From NCBI RefSeq assembly GCF_029504745.1, contig NZ_JAQFIQ010000012.1:1-32000 (forward strand): DNA of 32,000 nucleotides, in the 5' to 3' direction. The stretch's first letter is position 1. Each line of letters starts with the position of its first letter. The position numbers were made by a program, and so were the translations under genes. This DNA comes from Breznakia sp. PF5-3. Its GTDB lineage: Bacteria; Bacillota_I; Bacilli_A; Erysipelotrichales; Erysipelotrichaceae. The notes beneath the pieces are model-generated. The model was given only the letters and a program-made list of their open reading frames with translations. It ran no database searches and was not told the DNA's origin. Shown in pieces: positions 23,286 through 32,000 of the stretch.

Positions 23286-25169
23286 TTAATTCGTTAATTT
23301 CTTTACAAAATCATTTAGTGAATTTGAAGAAATTAAATCATTTGTTCGATTTGGATCACATAGTGTTTTAATAATACCATTATAAATTTTTACGAACTCT
23401 TTGCGATCTTTTTGCTGGACGGTAATCATTAATACCAAATGAATATTATTATCATCCCAGTGTACGGTTTGTTTGTTAACCATTACAGCAAACATTGTCT
23501 TTTTGGCATCTAATTCAATGGCATGAGGAATTGCAAAAGTGTTAAAGAAACAAGTAGAAGACAATGCTTCACGTTGTTTAACCGATTCAATAAAACCAGG
23601 GTTTGTTAAACCTATGGAAATGGCTTTTTGACCTAAAAATTCAATTGCTTTATTTTTATCAATTTCTTCATCAATGACAAAGAATAAGTCTTCGCTAAAG
23701 AAGGAACTTAATAAAGCTCTTTGTTTATTACGATCTTTATTTCTAATTAATGTATGAACCATTTCATTGATGTTTAAATGATCTTCTAATGTATAAAAAG
23801 GAGAAACCACTACGGTGTTAGAACGATTGCTAGAAAATTGTTTGGTTGTAAGTATTAAGTCATAGTTTTCTGATATATCAAGTGCTCCAACATTGTTAAT
23901 TACTTTTTTAATATGGATTAAATCATTAAAGTTATCATTTATTTTTTTTATTAAATTGGTTTTTATTTTCATATATTCACTACTTATGATAATCGTTTGT
24001 AGTTTATTGTTTTGTTCTGTTTGATTTTCAATTAGAAAACCAATATGAATACTAATATATCCTATTTCTTCATCATTGATTTCAATATGAAAAGTAGTAG
24101 CTATTTGTTGGGCGATGGATACCGCAAAATCGTAGATAAATGGAGTATTTCGTTTTATGGTCTCCAAGATATCATTATTGACACTTTGCTTTGCATTTGC
24201 TCTTTTGATAAGAGCATCCACGTGTAAAGCGAAAGGATGTAAGAATTCTTTATAGTTGATCTCTAACAAGTAGTAGTTAAAAGTTGAGAAGAGAATATCG
24301 TCGATTTTTTGTAAGAATGTTTCATCTACATATATTGATTCCGTTGTTTCACTACCTGATAGTTGTGGCTTTATTTGTCCTGCGAGCAACATAGCAATAT
24401 AGGAAATATCTTCTTCGGTTGGGTTGATATTCCAATGTGTCGCATAAGTAGAACAAATATCAGCAGCAATTTTATATTCTACAGTTGATTCTTCAACTGT
24501 TGTAATTATATTTTCTTCTATGTAGTCATCACTACGCATACGATATAAAGCGATTACGATATTGACTAAAAGGTTTTGCACACAATTGCTTTCGATATAA
24601 TAATTATGTCGTAATACGGATTCGGTAATAATTATCTTAATTCTACCAGTGTTGATACCTTTGAAATAATCATCTAAGTTTTGAAGTTCTTCAAATGAAA
24701 AATCAGTTTCTTCTTTAATTAACATATTAATAAGTTTACGTTTTGCCATCTCACTTCCTTCAATCCATACATGATTACGACTACGCTTAAGCTTCAAGTC
24801 ATATTTTTGAAGAAGTGGTTTTATTTGTCGTAGACGTTTTTCTAAGGTGGATGTACTTATATAAAAGAAATCCGCTAAATCATCAAGTGATAAACGATCA
24901 TTAAAGATTAGTTTTCGTAATAAAGAGTGAGAATCATTTAAGGTTCTTTCTTTAAATGGCTTTAATATGTTTCGCATATCATCGTGTAGTAAATATCCAC
25001 GATTTGTCGATTCAATCAAAGGTAAAATTCTATTGATATTTACAATTTCACTTTGTACCGTTCGCAAAGAAAAATCCAAAGTAGAAGCAATGCTTTTACC
25101 TGGAATGTATTGTTTTTGTTGAGAAATCAAATTGATAATTGCTCGTTGCCGATCACTGAATCTATTCAT
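23286..25169 (-). CDS. licR: LicR/MtlR-type PRD-containing transcriptional activator (HTH, PRD x2, EIIB-like, EIIA-like)
   Basis: 627 aa. N-terminal HTH, central PRD-like regions, and a C-terminal PTS EIIA-2-like region (FNTFAIPHAIELD). Divergent from the PTS operon. Confidence 0.8.
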   Translation of the reverse strand: MNRFSDRQRAIINLISQQKQYIPGKSIASTLDFSLRTVQSEIVNINRILPLIESTNRGYLLHDDMRNILKPFKERTLNDSHSLLRKLIFNDRLSLDDLADFFYISTSTLEKRLRQIKPLLQKYDLKLKRSRNHVWIEGSEMAKRKLINMLIKEETDFSFEELQNLDDYFKGINTGRIKIIITESVLRHNYYIESNCVQNLLVNIVIALYRMRSDDYIEENIITTVEESTVEYKIAADICSTYATHWNINPTEEDISYIAMLLAGQIKPQLSGSETTESIYVDETFLQKIDDILFSTFNYYLLEINYKEFLHPFALHVDALIKRANAKQSVNNDILETIKRNTPFIYDFAVSIAQQIATTFHIEINDEEIGYISIHIGFLIENQTEQNNKLQTIIISSEYMKIKTNLIKKINDNFNDLIHIKKVINNVGALDISENYDLILTTKQFSSNRSNTVVVSPFYTLEDHLNINEMVHTLIRNKDRNKQRALLSSFFSEDLFFVIDEEIDKNKAIEFLGQKAISIGLTNPGFIESVKQREALSSTCFFNTFAIPHAIELDAKKTMFAVMVNKQTVHWDDNNIHLVLMITVQQKDRKEFVKIYNGIIKTLCDPNRTNDLISSNSLNDFVKKLTN

Positions 25170-25219
25170 ATGTTACCTCACTTACATTATAGCAAAAGTA
25201 ATCACACAAGTAAGTTAAC

Positions 25220-25241
25220 TTTTGCGGTGTACACCGCAAAA
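25220..25241. promoter_or_regulatory. 22-bp perfect palindrome, candidate LicR-type operator
   Basis: TTTTGCGGTGT|ACACCGCAAAA. It ends 6 nt upstream of the -35 of the PTS promoter. Confidence 0.5.
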
Positions 25242-25247
25242 ATAAAA

Positions 25248-25276
25248 TTGATTGGATATAAAAGCTCAACTATGAT
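25248..25276 (+). promoter_or_regulatory. Sigma-A-type promoter of the PTS operon
   Basis: -35 TTGATT 25248-25253, 17-nt spacer, -10 TATGAT 25271-25276. Confidence 0.55.
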
Positions 25277-25299
25277 GAAGGTGTAAAGGTGGTGATCAG

Positions 25300-25620
25300 A
25301 TGGACAAAGCGAACATGCAGACGATGGCATTTCAACTTATAGGACATGCAGGAGATGCTTTTGATGCCTTCTATCGAGCAATTGATAGTGCTAGGGGAGG
25401 TAATATTGAGGAAGCAAATAAAATCATGAAGGAAGGACAAGCGAGCCTTTCATTGGCACATCAAAGTCAAACAAATCTTCTTACAAGTGAAGCTAAGGGA
25501 GAGAATATTGAGTTTAGTGTAATTATGATACATGCACAAGATCATTTAATGACAACCATAATGTTTGAACGTGTTGCTAGAGAGTTTATTACGCTTTATG
25601 CAGAAAGAGAGGATACGTAA
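25300..25620 (+). CDS. PTS lactose/cellobiose-family EIIA component
   Basis: 106 aa. Helical bundle type, AFQLIGHAGDA ... IHAQDHLMT. Confidence 0.9.
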   Translation: MDKANMQTMAFQLIGHAGDAFDAFYRAIDSARGGNIEEANKIMKEGQASLSLAHQSQTNLLTSEAKGENIEFSVIMIHAQDHLMTTIMFERVAREFITLYAEREDT

Positions 25621-27005
25621 TGAGTAAGTTTTTATGGGGAAGTGCTACGGCAGCATATCAATGCGAAGGAGCATGGAATGAAGATGGAAAGGGTTTGTCA
25701 AATTGGGATGACTTTGTTCATAGTGAACGAAATAATGTAAATCCTGTTACTGGAGATGTAGCAAGTGATTTTTATCACCGTTATGAAGAAGATATCAAGA
25801 TGATGGCTGATGGAGGCCAAAATGCTTTTCGTTTTTCAATTTCTTGGGTTCGTATCTTTCCAAATGGAACAGGTGAGGTAAATCAAAAAGGAATTGATTT
25901 TTATAATCGTGTAATTGATTGTTGTTTAAAATACGAGATTGAGCCACTTGTTACTTTATATCATTATGATTTACCACTAGGTATATACAATGATGGAGGA
26001 TGGTTAAATAGAAATGTCGTTGATGCCTTTGTAGCATATGCCAAAGTATGTTTTGATGCTTTTGGTGATCGAGTAAAATATTGGATGACAATTAACGAAC
26101 CTAGTTATGAAACTTTATGTTGTTATGGGTTTGGAAACTATCCGCCAAATGATAAAAATTTAAGTCATCGTTTTCAAGCAATCTACCATCAATTACTAGC
26201 AAGTGCGAAAGCTGTAATTGAATATAAAAAGACACAGGATGGCATGATTGGACTTGTTAATGATGCATATCCAATTGAATCTTTAGATTCTTCACCAGCT
26301 TATGATGAAGCAATTCAAAATGCGGATTGGTTCTATAATACAAGTGTTAATGATTTAGCAATTAAAGGAGAGTTTCCAAAAGGGTTTGTAGAAAAACTTA
26401 AAACTAGTGGCTTTGAAACAGACTATATCAAGGAGCAAGATTTACCAATTTTCAAAGCAGGTGTCATCGATTATCTAGGTCTAAATGCTTATTTTAGATA
26501 CTTGGTAAAACCATATGAAACAGGTGGCACAAGATTAAATACAAATAATAAAGGGGATGGGAAAAAAGAAGTCATGCAAGTTGAAGGATGGTTCACAATT
26601 GATGAAGATCCAACAACTGAAAAGAATCCATGGGGAATGGAAGTATATCCAAAAACCATGTATGATTTGCTATTAGATTTGAAAAGGCAATATCCAAATA
26701 CACCAATTATCATTACTGAAAATGGAGTGGGATATTATGATGATTTTAAAGATAACACAGTAAAAGATGATTATCGTATCGATTATCTTAAAGGTTTTAT
26801 TGAATGGATGAATAAAGCACAAGCGGAGGGGTGTGATGTTAGAGGGTATTTAGTATGGTCAACAATGGATTTATATAGTTGGATTAATGGGTATAAGAAA
26901 CGTTATGGTTTAGTTTATGTAGACTATGAAGATAATAATAAACGTTATCCAAAAGAAAGTTATTATTGGTATCGAGATTTTATTAAAAATAGGGGGAATA
27001 ATTAA
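25620..27005 (+). CDS. GH1 6-phospho-beta-glucosidase
   Basis: 461 aa. The catalytic motifs TINEP and ITENG are present. The C-terminal SWINGYKKRYG (K/Y) is consistent with phospho-sugar-specific GH1 enzymes. PTS operon context. Confidence 0.9.
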   Translation: MSKFLWGSATAAYQCEGAWNEDGKGLSNWDDFVHSERNNVNPVTGDVASDFYHRYEEDIKMMADGGQNAFRFSISWVRIFPNGTGEVNQKGIDFYNRVIDCCLKYEIEPLVTLYHYDLPLGIYNDGGWLNRNVVDAFVAYAKVCFDAFGDRVKYWMTINEPSYETLCCYGFGNYPPNDKNLSHRFQAIYHQLLASAKAVIEYKKTQDGMIGLVNDAYPIESLDSSPAYDEAIQNADWFYNTSVNDLAIKGEFPKGFVEKLKTSGFETDYIKEQDLPIFKAGVIDYLGLNAYFRYLVKPYETGGTRLNTNNKGDGKKEVMQVEGWFTIDEDPTTEKNPWGMEVYPKTMYDLLLDLKRQYPNTPIIITENGVGYYDDFKDNTVKDDYRIDYLKGFIEWMNKAQAEGCDVRGYLVWSTMDLYSWINGYKKRYGLVYVDYEDNNKRYPKESYYWYRDFIKNRGNN

Positions 27006-27007
27006 CT

Positions 27008-28321
27008 ATGGAAAAACTAACTAATTTTATTGAAAAACATATTGCACCAGTAGCAAATAAACTTGCTCGTAATAAATATGTTCAAGCTATTCAAAGTGCA
27101 TTTTTAACTTTAATCCCATTTATGACAATTGGATCTTTTGCACTTATCATTATTTCACCTCCTGTAGATTTCACAACCATGGATGCTGGAATCTTAAGAA
27201 GTTTTATGGAGGGATGGCAAAATGTTGCTAATTTCTGTGATCCTGCATTAAGTGCAGTATTTATGGGAACAATAGGAAGTATTTCATTATTTACAGCATT
27301 GGGATTAGCTTATAATTTGTCAAAACAATATAAAATGGATAGTTTCTTACCAACGATTTTAGCTGGAGGAACCTTCATTATTGTAAATGCAATCGATCGT
27401 GATTGGGCATTCAATGCTACTTATTTTGAAGGTGTTGGTTTATTTGGTGCAATTGTAATTTCTGCACTAACGGTAGAAATGTATCGGTTCTTAACGAATA
27501 AGAAAATAGGAGCAATTGAACTTACTGGAAATGGCGTTCCACCAGCATTGACAGAATCATTTAAATCGTTAGTACCAGCTGCTATTATTACAGTCTTTAT
27601 GGGAACGTTAAGCGCGCTTGTAATTCATTTTACAGGAGATATGTTTCCAGCATTAATTGGAAAAATGATGGGACCGATTGTAGGTTTGGTAGACAATGTT
27701 TGGGGTGTGATGATTTTAGCTCTAATTGTAATGGTATTTTGGTGGTTTGGTATTCACGATACGGTTATTACAGGACCATTATCACCATTACTTTATTCAA
27801 ACCTAACAGCCAATATGACAGCTTATGCAGCAGGAACAGCAGCGGTTGCATTACCTTTTGTTTTAACCGAGCCATTCTGGTTTACCTTTATGGCAATTGG
27901 AGGAAGTGGAGCAACCTTTGGATTAGCAATCCTATGTTTTCGTTCTAAATCAAAACAGATTAGAACGGTTGGAAAGCTTGCTATTGTACCAGCTTTCTTC
28001 AATATTAATGAACCACTCATTTTTGGATTGCCATTAATGTTTAATCCAACGATGTTTGTACCCTTTGCACTTGTTATGCCATTAAATGGAGTGATTACTT
28101 ATATTTTAATGAACTTAGGTATTGTTGGTAGTACTTTTGCGAATCCAAGTTGGAATATGTTTAGTCCGATTGGAGCATTGATTTCAACGTTAGATATCAA
28201 AGCTGTAATTTTGGTACTTGCATTAATTGTAATTGATATGCTAATATATTTACCATTCTTTAAGGTGTATGAGAAACAAAAAATAGCGGAAGAGAAATTA
28301 AACTCAGGAAAGGAGGCATAA
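27008..28321 (+). CDS. PTS cellobiose/lactose-family EIIC permease
   Basis: 437 aa, polytopic. Typical N-terminus, FIEKHIAPVANKLARNKYVQAIQSAF. Confidence 0.9.
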   Translation: MEKLTNFIEKHIAPVANKLARNKYVQAIQSAFLTLIPFMTIGSFALIIISPPVDFTTMDAGILRSFMEGWQNVANFCDPALSAVFMGTIGSISLFTALGLAYNLSKQYKMDSFLPTILAGGTFIIVNAIDRDWAFNATYFEGVGLFGAIVISALTVEMYRFLTNKKIGAIELTGNGVPPALTESFKSLVPAAIITVFMGTLSALVIHFTGDMFPALIGKMMGPIVGLVDNVWGVMILALIVMVFWWFGIHDTVITGPLSPLLYSNLTANMTAYAAGTAAVALPFVLTEPFWFTFMAIGGSGATFGLAILCFRSKSKQIRTVGKLAIVPAFFNINEPLIFGLPLMFNPTMFVPFALVMPLNGVITYILMNLGIVGSTFANPSWNMFSPIGALISTLDIKAVILVLALIVIDMLIYLPFFKVYEKQKIAEEKLNSGKEA

Positions 28322-28623
28322 TGAAAATTTTACTAATTTGCAATGCGGGTATGAGTACAGGTATTTTGCAAATGAAATTAGAAGAGGAAGCACAAAAGCT
28401 TCATCTAGATGCAGAAGTATTAGCGATTCCCATGAGTGAAATCGATGATCATATAAAAGACAGTGATGCAGTATTGTTAGGACCACAGATTCGTTTTGCA
28501 TATAATGATGTAAGAAAGATGGTCAGTGAAGATAAGCCAGTCATGGTGATTGCAGCGCAAGACTTTGGAATTATGAATGCCGAAAAGATTATGAATGATT
28601 TAGTGGAAGAACTAAATAAATAA
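28321..28623 (+). CDS. PTS cellobiose/lactose-family EIIB component
   Basis: 100 aa. Active-site Cys context KILLICNAGMSTG. TAATG overlap with EIIC. Confidence 0.9.
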   Translation: MKILLICNAGMSTGILQMKLEEEAQKLHLDAEVLAIPMSEIDDHIKDSDAVLLGPQIRFAYNDVRKMVSEDKPVMVIAAQDFGIMNAEKIMNDLVEELNK

Positions 28624-28636
28624 AGAGATGATGACA

Positions 28637-28664
28637 AAAAAGAGACTTATGATAGTCTCTTTTT
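28637..28664. terminator. Bidirectional rho-independent terminator
   Basis: AAAAAGAGACT (28637-28647) pairs with AGTCTCTTTTT (28654-28664), with loop tatgat. Confidence 0.8.
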
Positions 28665-28697
28665 GAGTATAAGTTAATTCTAAATTAATAGATAATC

Positions 28698-29540
28698 CTA
28701 CATATTATTTTTTAATCCCTTTTCAAAATCTTCATAGGTTATCTTTCCAAAAGCTAATTCCATACTTTTTATAAACATCTTTTCTGTATTCGTATACTCT
28801 TTTTTATGAATGCTAGCAATTAATTCTGGTTCCTTTTTTAGTGGTTCAAAAACATGTTCTTTTTTGGAAAAAGCTTCATAGTAACGCAACCCAAATTTTC
28901 TTTGTGAAATAGCATCGATATGGATACCATCAGGATTACAAGTTAATTCTTTTGCTATTATAAAATAACAATGTTTTTGCGTAGTAGCAAAGCTTTCTAA
29001 TTCTTGGTTAATATAATTATATTCTTCAGCGGATTTTCCAAATCCTGCTTTTCCTAAATAATCACCTAATCCACCAATGAGAACAGGTATTGTAGGAACA
29101 TCCAATTCCTTTCTAAGTGTTTCAATGATTTTTAGAAGTTTTGGATAGTATCCTTTGTAGTTGCCATGATAACTATCACTTTCTCCTTGATGCCATAGAA
29201 TACCTGTTAATTCACTATGTTCCATAGCGAATTTAGCTTCACTTATCGCATGTTTGAAAAGGGGACCATCAACATCCCATTCATCAATGGAACTACCGCC
29301 TTCTGCACAAGGAATCAAGTCAATAGTATCATCTGGATGGTCATTTATCCAAGCTACCGCAAAAGATGCAGCCAGTCCAACACCAGCAACAGGACGATCG
29401 TAATTGATGGGTTCAACCATCATTTGCCATCTACCATTGCGTAACATTTTTATATTTTCATAATAAATTTGCTCTACCTCATGGATAAAACCTCTACCAG
29501 CCATATTTGACTGTCCTAACATTAGAAATGATTTCATCAT
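28698..29540 (-). CDS. SASA/DUF303-type carbohydrate esterase (sialate O-acetylesterase-like)
   Basis: 280 aa. N-terminal GQSNMAGRG motif and WHQGESD. No signal peptide. Confidence 0.75.
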   Translation of the reverse strand: MMKSFLMLGQSNMAGRGFIHEVEQIYYENIKMLRNGRWQMMVEPINYDRPVAGVGLAASFAVAWINDHPDDTIDLIPCAEGGSSIDEWDVDGPLFKHAISEAKFAMEHSELTGILWHQGESDSYHGNYKGYYPKLLKIIETLRKELDVPTIPVLIGGLGDYLGKAGFGKSAEEYNYINQELESFATTQKHCYFIIAKELTCNPDGIHIDAISQRKFGLRYYEAFSKKEHVFEPLKKEPELIASIHKKEYTNTEKMFIKSMELAFGKITYEDFEKGLKNNM

Positions 29541-29580
29541 TTCACATCCTCTCTATTCATTTTTTGTTTCATCAATATAA

Positions 29581-30303
29581 TTAAAACAATTTTTTGCCAT
29601 CTAAAATATTTATGTTTAATGTTTTTGCTAACGTAGTTTGTTTAAAGGGGTTTATTTTCTCAACAACCCCATCACGTTTGAAAAAGGTTCCTGTACTTTT
29701 AAACCAAAAAGTAACGTTTGCTTTTACACATTGTTCACGAATACTAAGAATCCAATCATAATTGCATTCTCTTGCTTCTTTGCCGCTTTCTCCACTTACT
29801 GTAACATGATCAACACCATCAAGATAAGGAGTTAGATCAATTGCTTCTAACATTGGCGAACAAGATATGAATTTTCTTTTCATAGGATAAGAAAGAAAGA
29901 GTGGTAATCGGTAATCGGCGATAGCCTGCGTTTCAACTGTACAACCTATATTCACGTTGTCATATCCATCTTCCCAATCATCAGGAAGTGATTCCATAAA
30001 GCGATCAATTCGTTTCGTTAGAATCAAAAAATCAATATCTTGTCGTTGCTTTATCATTGCCCATACTTCTTTACGCCATTCATCAGCTTCCGGAAGAAAA
30101 AAATCAGTGGCAAAGCAGGTTGCTAAGATTTTATCACCTTTAATATTGTATTCACCATTGGCTTTTTTTCTTATTGGCCAATCAAACTTATCGGTTTTTG
30201 TGATCGTATTTTGTCCATATCGTTTGGCATGAGGTCCATAAAAATAACAATGCGAACAACCATCACTTATCATATAACATCCACTCCATGGTTCCCAGTT
30301 CAT
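29581..30303 (-). CDS. DUF5131 (phage Gp37/Gp68-like) family protein
   Basis: 240 aa. The N-terminal WEPWSGCYMISDGCSHCY matches the Cys-rich start of the family as I recall it. Confidence 0.6.
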   Translation of the reverse strand: MNWEPWSGCYMISDGCSHCYFYGPHAKRYGQNTITKTDKFDWPIRKKANGEYNIKGDKILATCFATDFFLPEADEWRKEVWAMIKQRQDIDFLILTKRIDRFMESLPDDWEDGYDNVNIGCTVETQAIADYRLPLFLSYPMKRKFISCSPMLEAIDLTPYLDGVDHVTVSGESGKEARECNYDWILSIREQCVKANVTFWFKSTGTFFKRDGVVEKINPFKQTTLAKTLNINILDGKKLF

Positions 30304-30404
30304 CGTTTATCTCCTTTTATAATTTTTAGTGATTTCATTATACCAAAAATGTATATATGGATAAACAAGGAATCAAAAGTTTGCCTCTTTTATAAAAATC
30401 TATT

Positions 30405-31799
30405 TTATAGAAATGAATTTGCTGTTTCTACTAATAACTTTATTGTATTTTGTATATCGTATGTTGTTGTTTGAGGGTTTATTGTACAAACTCGTAATAC
30501 GGTTTTACCATCTAGTTGAGTAGTTAAAATTCCTTCACCAAGCTCTACTAATTTCTTTGATATAGCTTTATTAAGCACATCAAGTTGTTGGTTTGAAATA
30601 CCTTGTGGTGCAAAGCGAAAATTTACAATTGCCAATTTTGCTGTTGATATAATTTCCCAATAATCATATTTGCTTATTTCTTGTTCCATGTATTCTGCTA
30701 ATTGAATGTTATGTTCAATGCCTTCTTCGATTTTTTTGATACCAAGAACTTGTAAAGTAATCCATAATTTTAAACTTCTTGCAGGTCTGGTTAATTCAGG
30801 TCCAAAATCCCAATAGTTAATTTGTTCATCATTCACTTTCGCATCCTTTAAATATTCTGGATGAGTTGCGAACGTATCTAGTAAATAATCTTTATTCTTA
30901 ACTAGTAGGGCACTGCAACTGTAGGTCTGCATAAGCCACTTATGGGCATCCCAACTAATACTATCACAACGTGATATACCATCTAATATATGACGATATT
31001 TTGAAGAAACTAAAGCCGTAGCTCCATAAGCACCATCGACATGCATCCATAGACTATATTTATCACATATATCAGCAATTGCATGTAAAGGATCAACACT
31101 CCCTGTATTGGTTGTACCAGAGGTAGCGATGATGGCAAAAGGAATGAATCCTTTTTTTATATCTGCATGAATTGCTTCTTCTAATGAAGAAGTTATTAAT
31201 TCATATTTTTCATTTGTAGGAATTTTACGTATTTGATCTTCTCTAAACCCAATGATTTTTAATCCTTTGGCAACTGATGAATGTGTTTGATCAGAGACAT
31301 AGGCAATACCCTTGGGGTACTCATCTTCACGAAGTTTCACATTTCTTGCTGCTACTAACGCGGTTAGATTTGCCATTGAACCGCCAGAGACAAATAAGCC
31401 TCCTGCACTATCTGGATAGCCTGCGAGTGAACACATCCATTTGATTAACTTTCTTTCAATACAACTAGCACTAGAGCTTTGTAACCAACTCCCAGCATGT
31501 GGGTTAAAGGCACTCGTCATAATATCACCAGTCCAAGATAACAGGGAAGTAGGACTAGGGATAAAGGCAAAGCATTTAGGATGTTGCATGTATGCTTGGT
31601 TTGCATATACTAGTGTTTGCATTTCCTTTAGCACTTCATCAACATTTCTACCTTCATCAGCAAAAGGAATCTTTTCAAGTTGTGATAATTTTTCATTATC
31701 GATGGGTGGGAAGACTTTTTGTGAATTTATATTTTCATGAAACGTCTGATAGTCATTAATAAATTCTAGAATATTTTGAAAAATAATTTCATTGTTCAT
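30405..31799 (-). CDS. Group II PLP-dependent amino-acid decarboxylase (aromatic/tyrosine/glutamate decarboxylase-like)
   Basis: ORF track ..31835. I prefer ATG 31799 (AAGGAGA SD). The PLP-lysine motif SWDAHKWL is present, with HVDGAYG upstream. Confidence 0.85.
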   Translation of the reverse strand: MNNEIIFQNILEFINDYQTFHENINSQKVFPPIDNEKLSQLEKIPFADEGRNVDEVLKEMQTLVYANQAYMQHPKCFAFIPSPTSLLSWTGDIMTSAFNPHAGSWLQSSSASCIERKLIKWMCSLAGYPDSAGGLFVSGGSMANLTALVAARNVKLREDEYPKGIAYVSDQTHSSVAKGLKIIGFREDQIRKIPTNEKYELITSSLEEAIHADIKKGFIPFAIIATSGTTNTGSVDPLHAIADICDKYSLWMHVDGAYGATALVSSKYRHILDGISRCDSISWDAHKWLMQTYSCSALLVKNKDYLLDTFATHPEYLKDAKVNDEQINYWDFGPELTRPARSLKLWITLQVLGIKKIEEGIEHNIQLAEYMEQEISKYDYWEIISTAKLAIVNFRFAPQGISNQQLDVLNKAISKKLVELGEGILTTQLDGKTVLRVCTINPQTTTYDIQNTIKLLVETANSFL

Positions 31800-31920
31800 A
31801 AATATATCTCCTTTTTCTAATTGAAGTAACTTCATGAATAGTTTATCATTAGATTATAAATTAGTTAAATTTATAGAATTTATGATATTGATTAAAAATT
31901 ATAATGAAAGAGGTGTATGA

Positions 31921-32000
31921 TGGAAATAAGAAATATGAAAGCCTTTTTAAATGTGGCAGAACTACAGAGCTTCACAAAAGCTGCTGAACTATCAGGATAC
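31921..32000 (+). CDS. LysR-family transcriptional regulator, 5' fragment (runs off the window)
   Basis: The hand translation MEIRNMKAFLNVAELQSFTKAAELSGY is the canonical LysR N-terminal HTH. Divergent from the decarboxylase gene. Confidence 0.75.

Noticed and set aside
1-32000. CRISPR arrays, tRNA or rRNA genes, and long tandem repeats.
   Set aside because: Reading both strands revealed no regularly spaced short repeats, no tRNA-like GTTCGAATC/T-loop contexts and no rRNA-like conserved blocks. The only notable repeats are those reported above.

Overview
This is a low-GC, Firmicutes-type chromosomal segment (AGGAGG-type ribosome-binding sites, mostly TAA stops, A/T-rich codons) carrying about 30 genes plus decayed mobile DNA. 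All family names come from reading the translations and from memory; no search was run.

**Layout, left to right**
- 187-2695: a translationally coupled set of a small ORF, a winged-helix protein and a 626-aa coiled-coil ABC ATPase with a CxxC-N13-CxxC hook. It resembles the middle-component and ATPase core of Lamassu / ABC-3C defence systems, but no effector gene is recognisable.
- 2723-5456: ktrB/ktrA potassium-uptake genes. They are bracketed by two roughly 138-nt direct repeats, each holding a direct-repeat box, a sigma-A promoter and a conserved hairpin-forming transcript. The second copy ends in a strong terminator.
- 5505-7945: a junkyard of integrative-element remnants. It holds an XRE regulator with two in-frame stops, a GNAT acetyltransferase, an excisionase-like gene, a roughly 20-codon integrase stub, a TnpV 3' fragment and an intact IS200 copy.
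- 7947-13856 (minus strand): a hypothetical protein, an ABC exporter pair and a LytTR two-component system. Its 611-aa kinase has an atypical double-sensor layout.
- 14260-16409: an island of small unknown or 2-TM proteins. It ends in an Imm11/DUF1629-like gene broken at an A6 tract.
- 16698-19727: an opuA-type glycine-betaine ABC transporter whose ATPase gene carries one in-frame TAA.
- 19887-23177: a cold-shock protein, a TetR plus cytoplasmic M23 peptidase operon with paired operators, and two internally duplicated lipoprotein paralogues.
- 23286-28623: a LicR-type regulator and a cellobiose-type PTS / 6-phospho-beta-glucosidase operon.
- 28698-32000: a SASA-type esterase, a DUF5131 protein, a group II PLP decarboxylase and a LysR 5' fragment.

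**Best candidates for something new**
- The effector-less Lamassu-like module at the left edge.
- The duplicated promoter-plus-RNA module flanking ktrBA.

No rRNA, tRNA or CRISPR array was seen.
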